From IMG/VR virus record IMGVR_UViG_3300028876_000002: a stretch of DNA of 64,000 nt, one strand, 5' to 3'. The notes under the pieces are model-generated. The model had not been told where the DNA came from. It made no database searches and worked only from the letters and a program-made list of their open reading frames with translations. Position 1 is the first letter of the stretch. Each line of letters opens with the position of its first letter. The stretch comes from a virus. Position numbers and translations under genes: made by a program. Shown piece after piece: positions 35,023-43,791 of this stretch.

Positions 35023-35334
35023 ATGAAAACGGTAGTAGACGAGTTCACTGTCGTTGCCAGGACCACGGGGTCGGGTGACGGCATCGTAGAGGCGTGGTGC
35101 GAGGTGCCTCACACCGCCGAGATCCTGGGTCTTTCAGGTCCGATCGGTTGGGGTTTCGGGCTGGTGTGTCGGTACACCGAGGATGATGACACGCCAGCAA
35201 CGACCGAGAAGCGCACGATGTACCTGCTGCGCAACTGCGACAAGCTTCCCTGGGGTGCCAAGGCCAAGTACATCGGGTCGTGGAGTAGTCCCAGCTCGCC
35301 GCCCCTTCACGTGTTCGAGGAGATGTCAAAGTGA
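35023..35334 (+). CDS. hypothetical protein
   Basis: AAAGGA RBS. Confidence 0.5.
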   Translation: MKTVVDEFTVVARTTGSGDGIVEAWCEVPHTAEILGLSGPIGWGFGLVCRYTEDDDTPATTEKRTMYLLRNCDKLPWGAKAKYIGSWSSPSSPPLHVFEEMSK

Positions 35335-35540
35335 ACGACCATCAGCAAGATTGCCGAGACTTCTGGCGCGAGGTATACCTCGCCACACTGAGAAACTGCG
35401 TAATTGAGGTCGCTGCCGAATACGCAGACCAAGCAATGCTGGAGTACGACTCGCGGTTCGCGCCTACTGAGGAGCCGACGCCTACTGAGGAGCCGACGCC
35501 TACGCCGCTGCCGGAGGTCGACCTGGACCTGCTGGGCTGA
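35331..35540 (+). CDS. hypothetical protein
   Basis: FWREVYLA..ADQAMLEYDSRF; 18-bp duplication encoding EEPTPT. Confidence 0.55.
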   Translation: MNDHQQDCRDFWREVYLATLRNCVIEVAAEYADQAMLEYDSRFAPTEEPTPTEEPTPTPLPEVDLDLLG

Positions 35541-35545
35541 TCGCC

Positions 35546-35752
35546 ATGGACGGAAGATACAAGAGCCACCTGGTGTTCAACTCCAAACCCGGCAACGACC
35601 CAACGTACAGCCCGTACCGCGCAGGCTGGAACGGCTACTACGACGGCCTGACCAACCCCCACCCTCTCGGCGATCACGACGCCGGGCTCTGGGAGCTGGG
35701 TTGGATGGACGCACGACGCAAAGGAGGCGCGCATGGCCAGGCTACCGAGTGA
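35546..35752 (+). CDS. Rmf (ribosome modulation factor)-like protein
   Basis: YRAGWNGYYDG..NPHP.....LWELGWMDA resembles the Rmf pattern. Confidence 0.45.
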   Translation: MDGRYKSHLVFNSKPGNDPTYSPYRAGWNGYYDGLTNPHPLGDHDAGLWELGWMDARRKGGAHGQATE

Positions 35753-35930
35753 AGCGACCCAGTTGAGAACCGCAAAGCGCGAGGCCAAGGAGTTGCGAGA
35801 CGAGCTTTGGCAGGTGAAGCAGGAGCGTCATCGGGCCCTCGTACGACTCTCGAAAGCTGAAGACGAACTCGCCGAGTGGAAGGAGCGGTTTGACATCCTG
35901 CTCCGGCGTGACCAGGAGAATCCCTCATGA
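35733..35930 (+). CDS. coiled-coil hypothetical protein
   Basis: GGAGG RBS. Confidence 0.55.
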   Translation: MARLPSEATQLRTAKREAKELRDELWQVKQERHRALVRLSKAEDELAEWKERFDILLRRDQENPS

Positions 35931-36187
35931 AGCACGAACTCAAGTGCTGGTCCAGGTACTTCAACGACCTCTACGTCAAGCCCTTCGAGTTGCGGCTCAA
36001 TGACCGCAACTACCAGAAGGGTGACGTGCTCCACCTGCGTGAGTGGTGCCCCATGGAGGCCGCCTACACCGGCCGCGAGTGCCTGCGCGAGGTGACCTAC
36101 CTCCTGAGCCCCGGGGCGCCTGGGCTCCGGCCAGGGTACATCGGCTTGGGGCTCGGGCCCTGGATGAGCGTGAGGACTTTGACGTGA
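35927..36187 (+). CDS. DUF3850/ASCH-domain protein
   Basis: HELK...YF...FELRLNDRNYQKGDVL.LREW...YTGR. Confidence 0.8.
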   Translation: MKHELKCWSRYFNDLYVKPFELRLNDRNYQKGDVLHLREWCPMEAAYTGRECLREVTYLLSPGAPGLRPGYIGLGLGPWMSVRTLT

Positions 36188-37749
36188 CCACCGCCACCGA
36201 CGACACCAAGGTCCGAGCCGAGTACGAGGCCAGCCGCAGCGAGCTGGCCGAGGTCGCGGAGGCTGCAACCGAACGTGCCGGCAACCTGCTGGCCACCGCC
36301 GACCGGCTGGAGGGCATCGCCGCGACCGCGGTGGCTAAGGCCGGGGTCGAGAAGACGGTCGAGGCCAAGGCTGCGGCCACGCTGGCCCGCAAGGCTGCCA
36401 CTGAGGCCCGACACCAGGCTCGCAAGGCCGTGACCCTGGCCGAGCGCGCCGAGCGCGAGGCGGCCAAGGCCAAGCCGTGGGAGGAGGAGAGCGCCGACGC
36501 CTTGCGGGCCTGGGCTCGCGAGTGCGAGATGAAGCCGCGCATCGACGCCGCGGTGGGCCTGCTCCGCAAAATGTTGACCGTGGACATCGAGGTGATGGAC
36601 CGCGACCCGTGGCTGCTGAACTGCCGCAACGGCACTGTGGACCTGCGCACCGGCGCTCTGCGCGAGCACCGCTCCGAGGACCTCATCACCAAGCTGACGG
36701 ACCTGGACTACAAGCCCGAAGCCCGAAGCGTGCTGTGGGAGACCGTGCTCGGGCAGATCGCGGGCGGGGACGCAGCGCTGGTCGGGTTCTTGCAACGATG
36801 GTTCGGGTACTGCGCCACTGGCAGCGTGCGCGAGCAGGCATTCGTCGTGCACTGGGGCAAGGGGTCGAACGGCAAGTCGCTGGTCATGAGCACCATAGAG
36901 CGGGCGCTGGGTGAGTACGCCGGTGCGGCCGCGCCCGGCCTGATGGCCGACTCGCGAGGCGACGGCGATAGCCGCCACCCCACCGAGATCGCGGACCTGA
37001 AGGGCCGGCGTATGGTCACCGCCAAGGAGACCGGGGACGGCATGACGCTGCGCGAGGCGTTCATCAAGGGTGTGACCGGGGACGACAAAATCAAGGCCCG
37101 GTACATGAATCAGGACTTCTTCGAGTTCACTCCCACCCACAAGTTGCAGTTGATGACCAACTTCAAACCTGTCATAAAAGGTCAAGATCATGGAATCTGG
37201 CGGCGGGTGTTGTTGGTGCCATACCTGCAGCTCTTCGGTACCGAGGACCAGGTAGCCACGGGTGAGACACAGTGGCTCAAGGATCAGGACCTGGCCGCCA
37301 AGCTCGCGCGCCGCGAGGAGCTTGAGGGCGTGCTGGCCTGGATCGTGGCTGGCGCTCGCGAGTGGTTTGAGACCGGGCTGCGGCCGCCCTCGGTGGTGCT
37401 GGCCGCCAAGGCCGAGTACCAGGCCGAGCAGGACCGCGTGAAGGCGTTCGTGTCCGAATGCTGCGAGGTGGACCAGAGTGCCGTAACAAGAGGAGGGGAG
37501 GGGACTGGCGGGACTCAAGGATGGACGGAGCTACTGACCGAGCCCGGCGGTATGGGTGGGGGCTTGTACCCGACGTACAGCAGTTGGTGCAAGGAGTCGG
37601 GCGTCTACGTGATGAGCCGCCAGAAGTTTGCCGCGGAGCTTCGCCGGGCAGTCCCAGGTTGCCGATTCACGCACGGCAAAGCCTCAGTCGAAGGTGGTGG
37701 CCGCCGCGACGTGCTGCGCGTCGAAGGGATCAGGCTCCTGCCGGAGTGA
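36184..37749 (+). CDS. D5/P4-family SF3 helicase, C-terminal half of the split primase-helicase
   Basis: DPWLLNCRNGTVDLRTG, Walker A GKGSNGKS, KGVTGDD..ARYM, WRR. Confidence 0.9.
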   Translation: MTTATDDTKVRAEYEASRSELAEVAEAATERAGNLLATADRLEGIAATAVAKAGVEKTVEAKAAATLARKAATEARHQARKAVTLAERAEREAAKAKPWEEESADALRAWARECEMKPRIDAAVGLLRKMLTVDIEVMDRDPWLLNCRNGTVDLRTGALREHRSEDLITKLTDLDYKPEARSVLWETVLGQIAGGDAALVGFLQRWFGYCATGSVREQAFVVHWGKGSNGKSLVMSTIERALGEYAGAAAPGLMADSRGDGDSRHPTEIADLKGRRMVTAKETGDGMTLREAFIKGVTGDDKIKARYMNQDFFEFTPTHKLQLMTNFKPVIKGQDHGIWRRVLLVPYLQLFGTEDQVATGETQWLKDQDLAAKLARREELEGVLAWIVAGAREWFETGLRPPSVVLAAKAEYQAEQDRVKAFVSECCEVDQSAVTRGGEGTGGTQGWTELLTEPGGMGGGLYPTYSSWCKESGVYVMSRQKFAAELRRAVPGCRFTHGKASVEGGGRRDVLRVEGIRLLPE

Positions 37750-38245
37750 CGAGGGTTTGAAACGGATGGTAGAGCGCCTTGGCTGCCAGGTATGCGGCAT
37801 GTGCTAGCTCGGGGGTGGTGAACGTCCCGAGGTACTCGTGCACCCCGTCCACCACGATCCTGGCCTTCCACAGATTCCCGTTTGGGCTCACACCGAGCAG
37901 GCCGCACTTGCTGTTTGAACGTGCCTTCCTCTGGTTCTGCATGTTCAACGCCTGGGTAGCGAGCCGCAGGTTCTTGATCCGGTTGTTCGATCCGACACCA
38001 TCGCGGTGATCGACTCCGGTCTCTGGCCACACGTCGAAGACAAACAACCATGCGAGGCGGTGCGCGCCGTATTTGCGCCCGTCCACCTTGATCCTAACGT
38101 ACCCACCCCCGTCAAGTGTCCCAGCGACAGCCCCAACCTTCGCCCTTGGTCCTGTGTTGACCTGCCAAGTGAAAATTCCTGTGTCCGGATCGTAGGAGAG
38201 AACCTCACGCAACCGAGCGGCGGTGAGAGAATCGGCAGTAGCCAT
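37730..38245 (-). CDS. HNH homing endonuclease with AP2 domain
   Basis: AHRLAWL, VDHRDG..SNNRIKNLR, WKARI...YLGTF. Confidence 0.9.
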   Translation of the reverse strand: MATADSLTAARLREVLSYDPDTGIFTWQVNTGPRAKVGAVAGTLDGGGYVRIKVDGRKYGAHRLAWLFVFDVWPETGVDHRDGVGSNNRIKNLRLATQALNMQNQRKARSNSKCGLLGVSPNGNLWKARIVVDGVHEYLGTFTTPELAHAAYLAAKALYHPFQTLVTPAGA

Positions 38246-38270
38246 GGTGCGTGTCCTCGCAGAGTGGTCA

Positions 38271-38316
38271 GAAGCCCGCACAGCGTTGGTAGCGCTGCGC
38301 GGGCTTCGTCATTCTA
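38271..38316 (-). promoter_or_regulatory. -10 box (TAGAAT) and GC hairpin upstream of HNH gene
   Basis: GAAGCCCGC...GCGGGCTTC inverted repeat 38271-38307. Confidence 0.5.
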
Positions 38317-38388
38317 CGGGTTCAGGGTTTGGAGCAAGCAGACACAGCCGCCAGCTTGGTTAATTGGCAATGGCGATGCCGCCGCAGT

Positions 38389-38664
38389 TCATTCCGGTTT
38401 CCTGATGCCGAGACCTTCCTCACAGAACTGGTTCAGTGCCCCGTTGGCGTACATGCTGTCCTTGCCTCGCACGTAGTCGTGCACGTTCTGCAGAGCCTCG
38501 CGGGCCTGCTGCAGCTCCATGAACAGCGCACCCACGAGGTTGTCACCCAGCAGGTCCTGCTCACGCCACGGCTGGCCGTAGCGCAGGGCTGACAACCGGC
38601 CCATGTTGTTGACGATCGTGTACTTGCCGCCTGCAAGGTCGAGGCGTTCTGGTTCAGTGCTCAT
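38389..38664 (-). CDS. hypothetical protein
   Basis: GGKYT...LSALRYGQPW motif common in phage ORFs. Confidence 0.6.
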   Translation of the reverse strand: MSTEPERLDLAGGKYTIVNNMGRLSALRYGQPWREQDLLGDNLVGALFMELQQAREALQNVHDYVRGKDSMYANGALNQFCEEGLGIRKPE

Positions 38665-38681
38665 GTAGGTGCCCTTTCGGT

Positions 38682-38936
38682 TCAGGGTTTGGGAAACAGG
38701 GCTCGGATGGCTTCGGCGAAGTCGCGCTTCTCACTGCCGTAGCCGTTGGCCAGGCGGTCGCACTCCTGTGCGCATCGCTCTGCAACGGCTGCGGCAATGT
38801 GCCCGACCACGCGGTGCACCTCGTCGTGCGTCATCCCGGTGATCTGGCACAGGAAGTGACGGCCGTCGAGTTGCACCCCGTCCTGGTCGGACCAGGACCT
38901 GACCCGTATGCCGGCAATAATCGATTCAGCGCTCAC
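38682..38936 (-). CDS. hypothetical protein
   Basis: ERCAQECD...AEAIRAL motif. Confidence 0.55.
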   Translation of the reverse strand: MSAESIIAGIRVRSWSDQDGVQLDGRHFLCQITGMTHDEVHRVVGHIAAAVAERCAQECDRLANGYGSEKRDFAEAIRALFPKP

Positions 38937-39121
38937 GACTTCTTCCTCTCTGCGATCTCGACCAGCTTGATGCGGCGCTCGATTTCAGCGATGTCCTTTT
39001 CGAGTTCCTCGTAGTAGTCGTCATAGGCGCCCTGGGAATCATCCTGCAGACCCTTGCGCGTGAGAGCACCTTCCAGCGCGTAGTCCAGCAGGTCAGCCTT
39101 TGACAGTTTGTGTCGGGTCAT
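38933..39121 (-). CDS. hypothetical protein
   Basis: Overlapping neighbour, AGGAAG RBS. Confidence 0.5.
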   Translation of the reverse strand: MTRHKLSKADLLDYALEGALTRKGLQDDSQGAYDDYYEELEKDIAEIERRIKLVEIAERKKS

Positions 39122-39126
39122 GGTGT

Positions 39127-39423
39127 TCAGCTTCCTGCCGCAGGTGATGCGAGGGTCTGCTCAAAGCGGGCCGCAAGCGCGGCATTCACCTCGGCCTTGA
39201 CCAGGCTGTCGGGTGCGTTCTTGGCGCGGTGCAGTTCCTCGTACCGCCGCAACGTGCGTGCGGCTTCTTTAAGATCGGTGCGTAGGCTGTCGATCTTGGC
39301 ATCGCGTTGCGTGACCATGCGAATCGCAGATACAGCCAGTACCTGCGACCAAAATCCAGCGCTCCTGTCTGCGGCCACCGCTTCCAGTTCGCGCATAACA
39401 TCGGAGTCTGCCTTCGTCGTCAT
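39127..39423 (-). CDS. hypothetical protein
   Basis: AAGGAG RBS inside a hairpin. Confidence 0.55.
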   Translation of the reverse strand: MTTKADSDVMRELEAVAADRSAGFWSQVLAVSAIRMVTQRDAKIDSLRTDLKEAARTLRRYEELHRAKNAPDSLVKAEVNAALAARFEQTLASPAAGS

Positions 39424-39565
39424 GACTAGGCTCCTTTCAAAAAGGAGCCGGCGGATAGACCGGCTTCGGTTGTTGCTTCTTGAGCCGGGCCCACTCTTTC
39501 AGGTCGAGCCGGCCGAATGGCCAGCCGAGAGGGTCGGCTCGTTTGTTGGGGCTCACAGTCCCTGG

Positions 39566-40384
39566 TCAAGCTGCCACGAGCTTACGCAGCAAGCCTACGG
39601 GGTCGAGCTCGACCCACGCCCACGCCGCCTCCGCCGCCTCCGCCGCCGCCGCCTCCGCCCACGCCGCCTCCGCCGCCTCCGCCCACGCCGCCTCCGCCGC
39701 CTCCGCCCACGCCGCCTCCGCCGCCCACGCCCACGCCGCCTCCGCCGCCCACGCCGCCTCCGCCCACGCCGCCTCCGCCGCCTCCGCCCACGCCGCCTCC
39801 GCCTCCGCCTCCGCCCACGCCGCCTCTGCCGCCCACGCCGCCGCCGCCGCCCGCGCCGCCGCCGCCGCCGCCGCCGCCTCCGTCGCCGCCGCCGCCTCCG
39901 TCGCCCGCGCCGCCCGCGCCGCCCGCGCCGCCCGCGCCGCCCGCGCCGCCCGCGCCGCCCGCGCCGCCGCCTCAGGCGTGCGGAGGCGGCACATGGTTTG
40001 CCACTCGGGGCCGAAGCCGTACCTGTCGGCTGTTGGTTGCACCATCGGTAGAGCCACCTCCCACATGTGCGTGAGGAGCACCTCAAGCCGCCTGCGCTCT
40101 GCAGCCGGGTCGCGTCCCGTGCCTGCGGCCTGGGGTAGCAAGGCCCGCCACTCAATGCTGTTGCGCAAGGTGGCAGGCATGGCGTCCTGCGTCGCGATGA
40201 TCCAACGCCCGATGACCTCCGACATGCAGGGAGGCACGGAGTCGGTCAGTTGACCAGTCAAGGCGAGGTTTATTGCAGCAACGCTGCACGCCTCGTGCTT
40301 GTCGCCCAGGCCGTAAGGGATGTTGGTCTGGGCAGCAAGGCGCTGGATGATGGCTTGGGTTTGTTCAGGGGTAAGGGTGCTCAC
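39566..40384 (-). CDS. Ala/Trp/Glu repeat protein
   Basis: Globular N-terminus (CSVAAINLALTG...CMS.VIG) then AAR/AAWAE repeats. Confidence 0.7.
   Translation of the reverse strand: MSTLTPEQTQAIIQRLAAQTNIPYGLGDKHEACSVAAINLALTGQLTDSVPPCMSEVIGRWIIATQDAMPATLRNSIEWRALLPQAAGTGRDPAAERRRLEVLLTHMWEVALPMVQPTADRYGFGPEWQTMCRLRTPEAAARAARAARAARAARAARAARATEAAAATEAAAAAAAARAAAAAWAAEAAWAEAEAEAAWAEAAEAAWAEAAWAAEAAWAWAAEAAWAEAAEAAWAEAAEAAWAEAAAAEAAEAAWAWVELDPVGLLRKLVAA
39620..39975. repeat. GCC-rich low-complexity coding repeats
   Basis: CGCCGCCTC, CCCACGCCG and CGCCGCCCG units. Confidence 0.85.
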
Positions 40385-40812
40385 GATGATCCTTTCAATT
40401 CGTTGGTTATTTGCTCTGCCCACTCAGACGCAAGCATCGCGGTGGGCAGGCCCACGATGGTAATCAATTCATCCATGACTTGCAGCCCCGTGCGTGCGGC
40501 TTGGTAGTCCGGGCCGCTGAAGCCGACCTTGCCGGTGTTCCAGTAGCGGGTCACGAGTCGGCGGGCAACCGCTACCTGAGCGTCCATCTCCGGCACGCCC
40601 ACCTGGAGAAGGTGGGCGACTCGGGCCCACGTGTACACACCGCCAACGAACTGCCACATCGTGGCCTCGTCAGCGGAACCCCGCGCGATAGCGTCCAGGT
40701 TGACCGCGTGCGTGAGCCCCAAATCGCGCACCTGCGAGCGGGTGAGCTTCGGGCGCATGCCGGGCGGTGGAAGTGGCGTGACGTGCCTGCGGCGGCAAGA
40801 CTTGCGGCTCAC
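40381..40812 (-). CDS. hypothetical protein (start uncertain)
   Basis: LDAIARG...TGKVGFSG motif seen in betaproteobacterial phages. Confidence 0.55.
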   Translation of the reverse strand: MSRKSCRRRHVTPLPPPGMRPKLTRSQVRDLGLTHAVNLDAIARGSADEATMWQFVGGVYTWARVAHLLQVGVPEMDAQVAVARRLVTRYWNTGKVGFSGPDYQAARTGLQVMDELITIVGLPTAMLASEWAEQITNELKGSS

Positions 40813-41004
40813 CTACTTCACCTTGACGCAGGACGTGGCGTTGAAGTTCACGTAGCACACGACACCGTGCTCGTCAGGGCCGTGGACGGTGAACGGTTTG
40901 GGCGTCGGGGCTGCGGGCTCTCGGTTTGCAACGCCGCAGGAAACGACAACACCAGTGACTACCGCGCACAGCGTGGTGTTGAAGATCAAGTCGGTGTACT
41001 TCAT
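40813..41004 (-). CDS. small putative lipoprotein
   Basis: Signal with VVSC lipobox; EHGVVCY. Confidence 0.45.
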   Translation of the reverse strand: MKYTDLIFNTTLCAVVTGVVVSCGVANREPAAPTPKPFTVHGPDEHGVVCYVNFNATSCVKVK

Positions 41005-41213
41005 GATTGCTGATCCAGTGGTTTCGGGTCTTCGTCCACGTTGGTGGGCCAGGGGCCGCGGTAGGTGGGTTCCGGTCGCTCGCTCCACGCCCGGCGGCGG
41101 TACGGGCAGTCGATGTGTGAGCACTCCTTGAACGTGGTGTTGGTGGTTGCCGGGTCGCGGCTGCAGACTTTGCACTTAGGTTTGGTGGTCACGATTCTTC
41201 CGCTTCTCTCCAC
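41001..41213 (-). CDS. small Cys-rich hypothetical protein
   Basis: CKVC...CSHIDCP. Confidence 0.4.
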   Translation of the reverse strand: MERSGRIVTTKPKCKVCSRDPATTNTTFKECSHIDCPYRRRAWSERPEPTYRGPWPTNVDEDPKPLDQQS

Positions 41214-42451
41214 AGCGGGCAGCTTCGCCCAGTTGTGGCCGGCTCACGATCCCTCAACTGCGGGCACTGGCTGTGGGTGCAGTCCCCGTCCCGGCCTGCA
41301 GCACAGCCGTTGAGTGGTTGTTGCGGCGGCGGCGCGGGCTGCACCTCCGTGCGGGTGATCGAGTCGAAGTGCCGCACCTCTGCACTGCATGCGCGCCCCA
41401 GGTTGTCATCCCACTCCAGCTTGGGCCCGTCCAGCCGTCGCAGGCGCTCCAGTTCCACCGCCGGACCGTCGATCAGCACCATGTCGTTCTTGCCTCGGGT
41501 CTTGATGGTCTCGACTCCGTTGGTGGGCACGTCAGCGGGGCGCCACACGAAGCCGCAGTTGCCGCACAGGCGGCTGCGGTGGGGTGGGTTGGTCCACCGG
41601 TACGTCTGCGGATCGTCGTCCTGGACGATGTCAGGTTCCGGCGCATCAATGTGCTGGTGCAGGCAAGCCGGGCAGTGCAGGATCATGTCTACCGGCTTGA
41701 GCGCTGCGGCTGCCAGCGCTGCTTGCGCGTCGGTCAGGTAGACGACGGCTCTTGCAAACGTCCCGTCTGCGCGCGGACCTGCAGGCGTGTAGCAACAAGG
41801 CAGGCTGCAATCCTCTTCCGGCCACACCCACGCCACCACCGGCATCGCCGGGTCCGCGGCTACCGGCTCAGAGGTCAACCCCCACCGGCTGCGCATGTCG
41901 GCCGCAAGCTGCGGGTGCGTGCCCTCCACCGCGGCCGCGTAGACGGCCAGCGCAGCCGGTGCGCACTTGTCGTGGGTCACGTCCAGCACGAAGTAGTCAC
42001 ACCCGTGGTGCTTGCCGCCTGGCGCGTCGGTGCCATCGGTGCGGTGCACCTCGAACTTGGTGTAGAGGCCCGGCTGCCGGGTCGAGGGGATCGGCTCGGG
42101 ACTCGGCAGGTCACCCCCACCGGCTGCGTACACGCCGTCCGAACAGGTGTCCTCGTAGTCCATGATGGGCGGTCGCTCACCCTGGCCGAACAGGTGCTTC
42201 AGCCGCGCCGCCTCGTAATCGGCGCGGTTCTTGTGGTGCTCGTCGTACTGGTGGGTGTACTCCGTCTTGTTGCCGACACGGATCTGAACCCACCACGTTT
42301 TGCGGTGGCTTTCAAGCATGGGGATCACCGTGACTACCGGCTCGGGAGCCCGCTTGTCGATCACGGCTTGCAGCTTCGCGATCACGACGGCGGACGTGTC
42401 GGAGCCGAGGATGCCGGCACCGTTCACAAGGTCAGCGAGTTTGAGGTTCAT
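41189..42451 (-). CDS. mosaic multi-domain early protein
   Basis: Separable modules: GLYTKF.V.RTDG..GKH.GC.YFVLD; VDMILHCPAC..HID..PHRS.LC..CG. Confidence 0.65.
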   Translation of the reverse strand: MNLKLADLVNGAGILGSDTSAVVIAKLQAVIDKRAPEPVVTVIPMLESHRKTWWVQIRVGNKTEYTHQYDEHHKNRADYEAARLKHLFGQGERPPIMDYEDTCSDGVYAAGGGDLPSPEPIPSTRQPGLYTKFEVHRTDGTDAPGGKHHGCDYFVLDVTHDKCAPAALAVYAAAVEGTHPQLAADMRSRWGLTSEPVAADPAMPVVAWVWPEEDCSLPCCYTPAGPRADGTFARAVVYLTDAQAALAAAALKPVDMILHCPACLHQHIDAPEPDIVQDDDPQTYRWTNPPHRSRLCGNCGFVWRPADVPTNGVETIKTRGKNDMVLIDGPAVELERLRRLDGPKLEWDDNLGRACSAEVRHFDSITRTEVQPAPPPQQPLNGCAAGRDGDCTHSQCPQLRDREPATTGRSCPLWREAEES

Positions 42452-43035
42452 GCCGCGCTCCCGTACTTCGCTTCGTCGTACGGGTCACCGACTTGCGTGC
42501 CGGGCGCTGCGGCTCGGTACCAGCAGTCGCGGAGGAACAGCGGTGATGAGGTCGCACGATCCTGCCGGTGAGGTGCGGAAGGGTCTCCGGATGCGTGCCA
42601 CAGCCCTGTGCGTTCGGCTTCCGGGACGTCAGGCCCGCGGCGCCACGTGGGGGTGGGCACGGGTGCTGCATCCGCTTTCACAAGTCGCAGCCACTCGACG
42701 GCGACTCCTTTCGGTGCCTTCACGTCGTAGCGCTGCTTTCCTGCCTTCGACCACTCCTTGCCGTCCCAGTGGCGTTCCACGTTGGTTTTCCTGCGCACCG
42801 ATGCGATGTACACGCCCGGCACGGGTGGGGGCTCGCTGTGCCACGTGTCGGTGGTCTCAGGGGCTGGTACGGGGGTGGGCGTATCAGGCACCGGTGCGGG
42901 CGGTGTCGGCAGTGAGTGGTCTCCACTCTCGAACGCGGCGCAGCGGGCCTTGTAGGCCGTGTCCTGAGTGGTTGCGGAGGTGAGTGCAGCCGCTGCGGCT
43001 TGCGCGCGGAGGATTGCGAGTCTGCGTGAAGACAT
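42448..43035 (-). CDS. hypothetical protein
   Basis: WH..PPP.PGVY...RHWDGKEW. Confidence 0.55.
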   Translation of the reverse strand: MSSRRLAILRAQAAAAALTSATTQDTAYKARCAAFESGDHSLPTPPAPVPDTPTPVPAPETTDTWHSEPPPVPGVYIASVRRKTNVERHWDGKEWSKAGKQRYDVKAPKGVAVEWLRLVKADAAPVPTPTWRRGPDVPEAERTGLWHASGDPSAPHRQDRATSSPLFLRDCWYRAAAPGTQVGDPYDEAKYGSAA

Positions 43036-43051
43036 GGTGCGGGCTTTCGGC

Positions 43052-43525
43052 TCAAGGTTGCGAGAGGTAGGCGTCAGCGAATGCTACAGCGACTGCGGCT
43101 TGGTACTGGGCCAGCGTGGGGGCGACTGCGGCTTGGTACTGGGTCTGCGCGGTGCTGCGTGCGGCGTCGTACTGGGCCCCCGCGGTGCTGCGTGCGGCGT
43201 CGTACTGGGCCCACGCGGTGTCGCATGCGGCGGCGTACTGAGCCCGCGCGGTGTCGCATGCGGCGGCGTACTGAGCCCGCGCGGTGCTGCGTGCGGCGTC
43301 GTACTGGGTCCGCGCGGTGCTGCGTGCGGCGTCGTACTGGGTCCGCGCGGTGCCGGTCAGCAGGTTGTTTGCCGCCCACCCGAAGTCAAACACCGAGGCG
43401 AGAGCGAGGCAGGCGGCAGGGGTGACCAAGGCCGAACCGGTCGGGAAGTGCTTGCGGAAAAGTGCAACTTGAGGTTGGCAGGCACCGTGGGCTAGGAGCT
43501 GGTCGAGGGTGATGCGTGAAGGCAT
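43052..43525 (-). CDS. 11-residue-repeat protein
   Basis: GAC..QV..F..HFP N-terminus, then AR(T/A)QY(D/A)AA(R/C)(S/D)T repeats (33-bp units). Confidence 0.75.
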   Translation of the reverse strand: MPSRITLDQLLAHGACQPQVALFRKHFPTGSALVTPAACLALASVFDFGWAANNLLTGTARTQYDAARSTARTQYDAARSTARAQYAAACDTARAQYAAACDTAWAQYDAARSTAGAQYDAARSTAQTQYQAAVAPTLAQYQAAVAVAFADAYLSQP

Positions 43526-43574
43526 GGTGCAGGGATCCTGTGTTGCGGTTTGAGGGAGGGGGCGGGTCAGAGGT

Positions 43575-43591
43575 AGCGAAAACCGTGCCGG
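43575..43591 (-). promoter_or_regulatory. sigma54-like promoter
   Basis: CCGGCACGGTTTTCGCT (GG-N10-GC), intergenic, ~50 bp before ORF start 43525. Confidence 0.55.
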
Positions 43592-43642
43592 AGGCGAAAT
43601 TCAGGCCGCGTGAGCCAGTGTTCGTGACTTATTCACACTTGG

Positions 43643-43791
43643 TGTCGGGTTGGGTTTAGCTTTCAAGCGTTTACACCTCCGCGTATTGCGTAAGAGAATT
43701 TGGAAATATATTTGTAACAGAAATAACGTTTGAATTTTTCCCGCATGACGCGATAGGCTGTAAGGGGCTAAAAGCTAAAACCAACCCGACA
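43643..43791. repeat. 21-bp inverted repeat (20/21) flanking an AT-rich 107-bp core
   Basis: TGTCGGGTTGGGTTTAGCTTT (43643-43663) vs AAAGCTAAAACCAACCCGACA (43771-43791). Confidence 0.8.

Noticed and set aside
34561-36187. Self-splicing intron or intein splitting the primase
   Set aside because: The insert is fully packed with ordinary coupled ORFs, with no maturase, homing nuclease or splice-junction motifs; RT-PCR would be needed to exclude it completely
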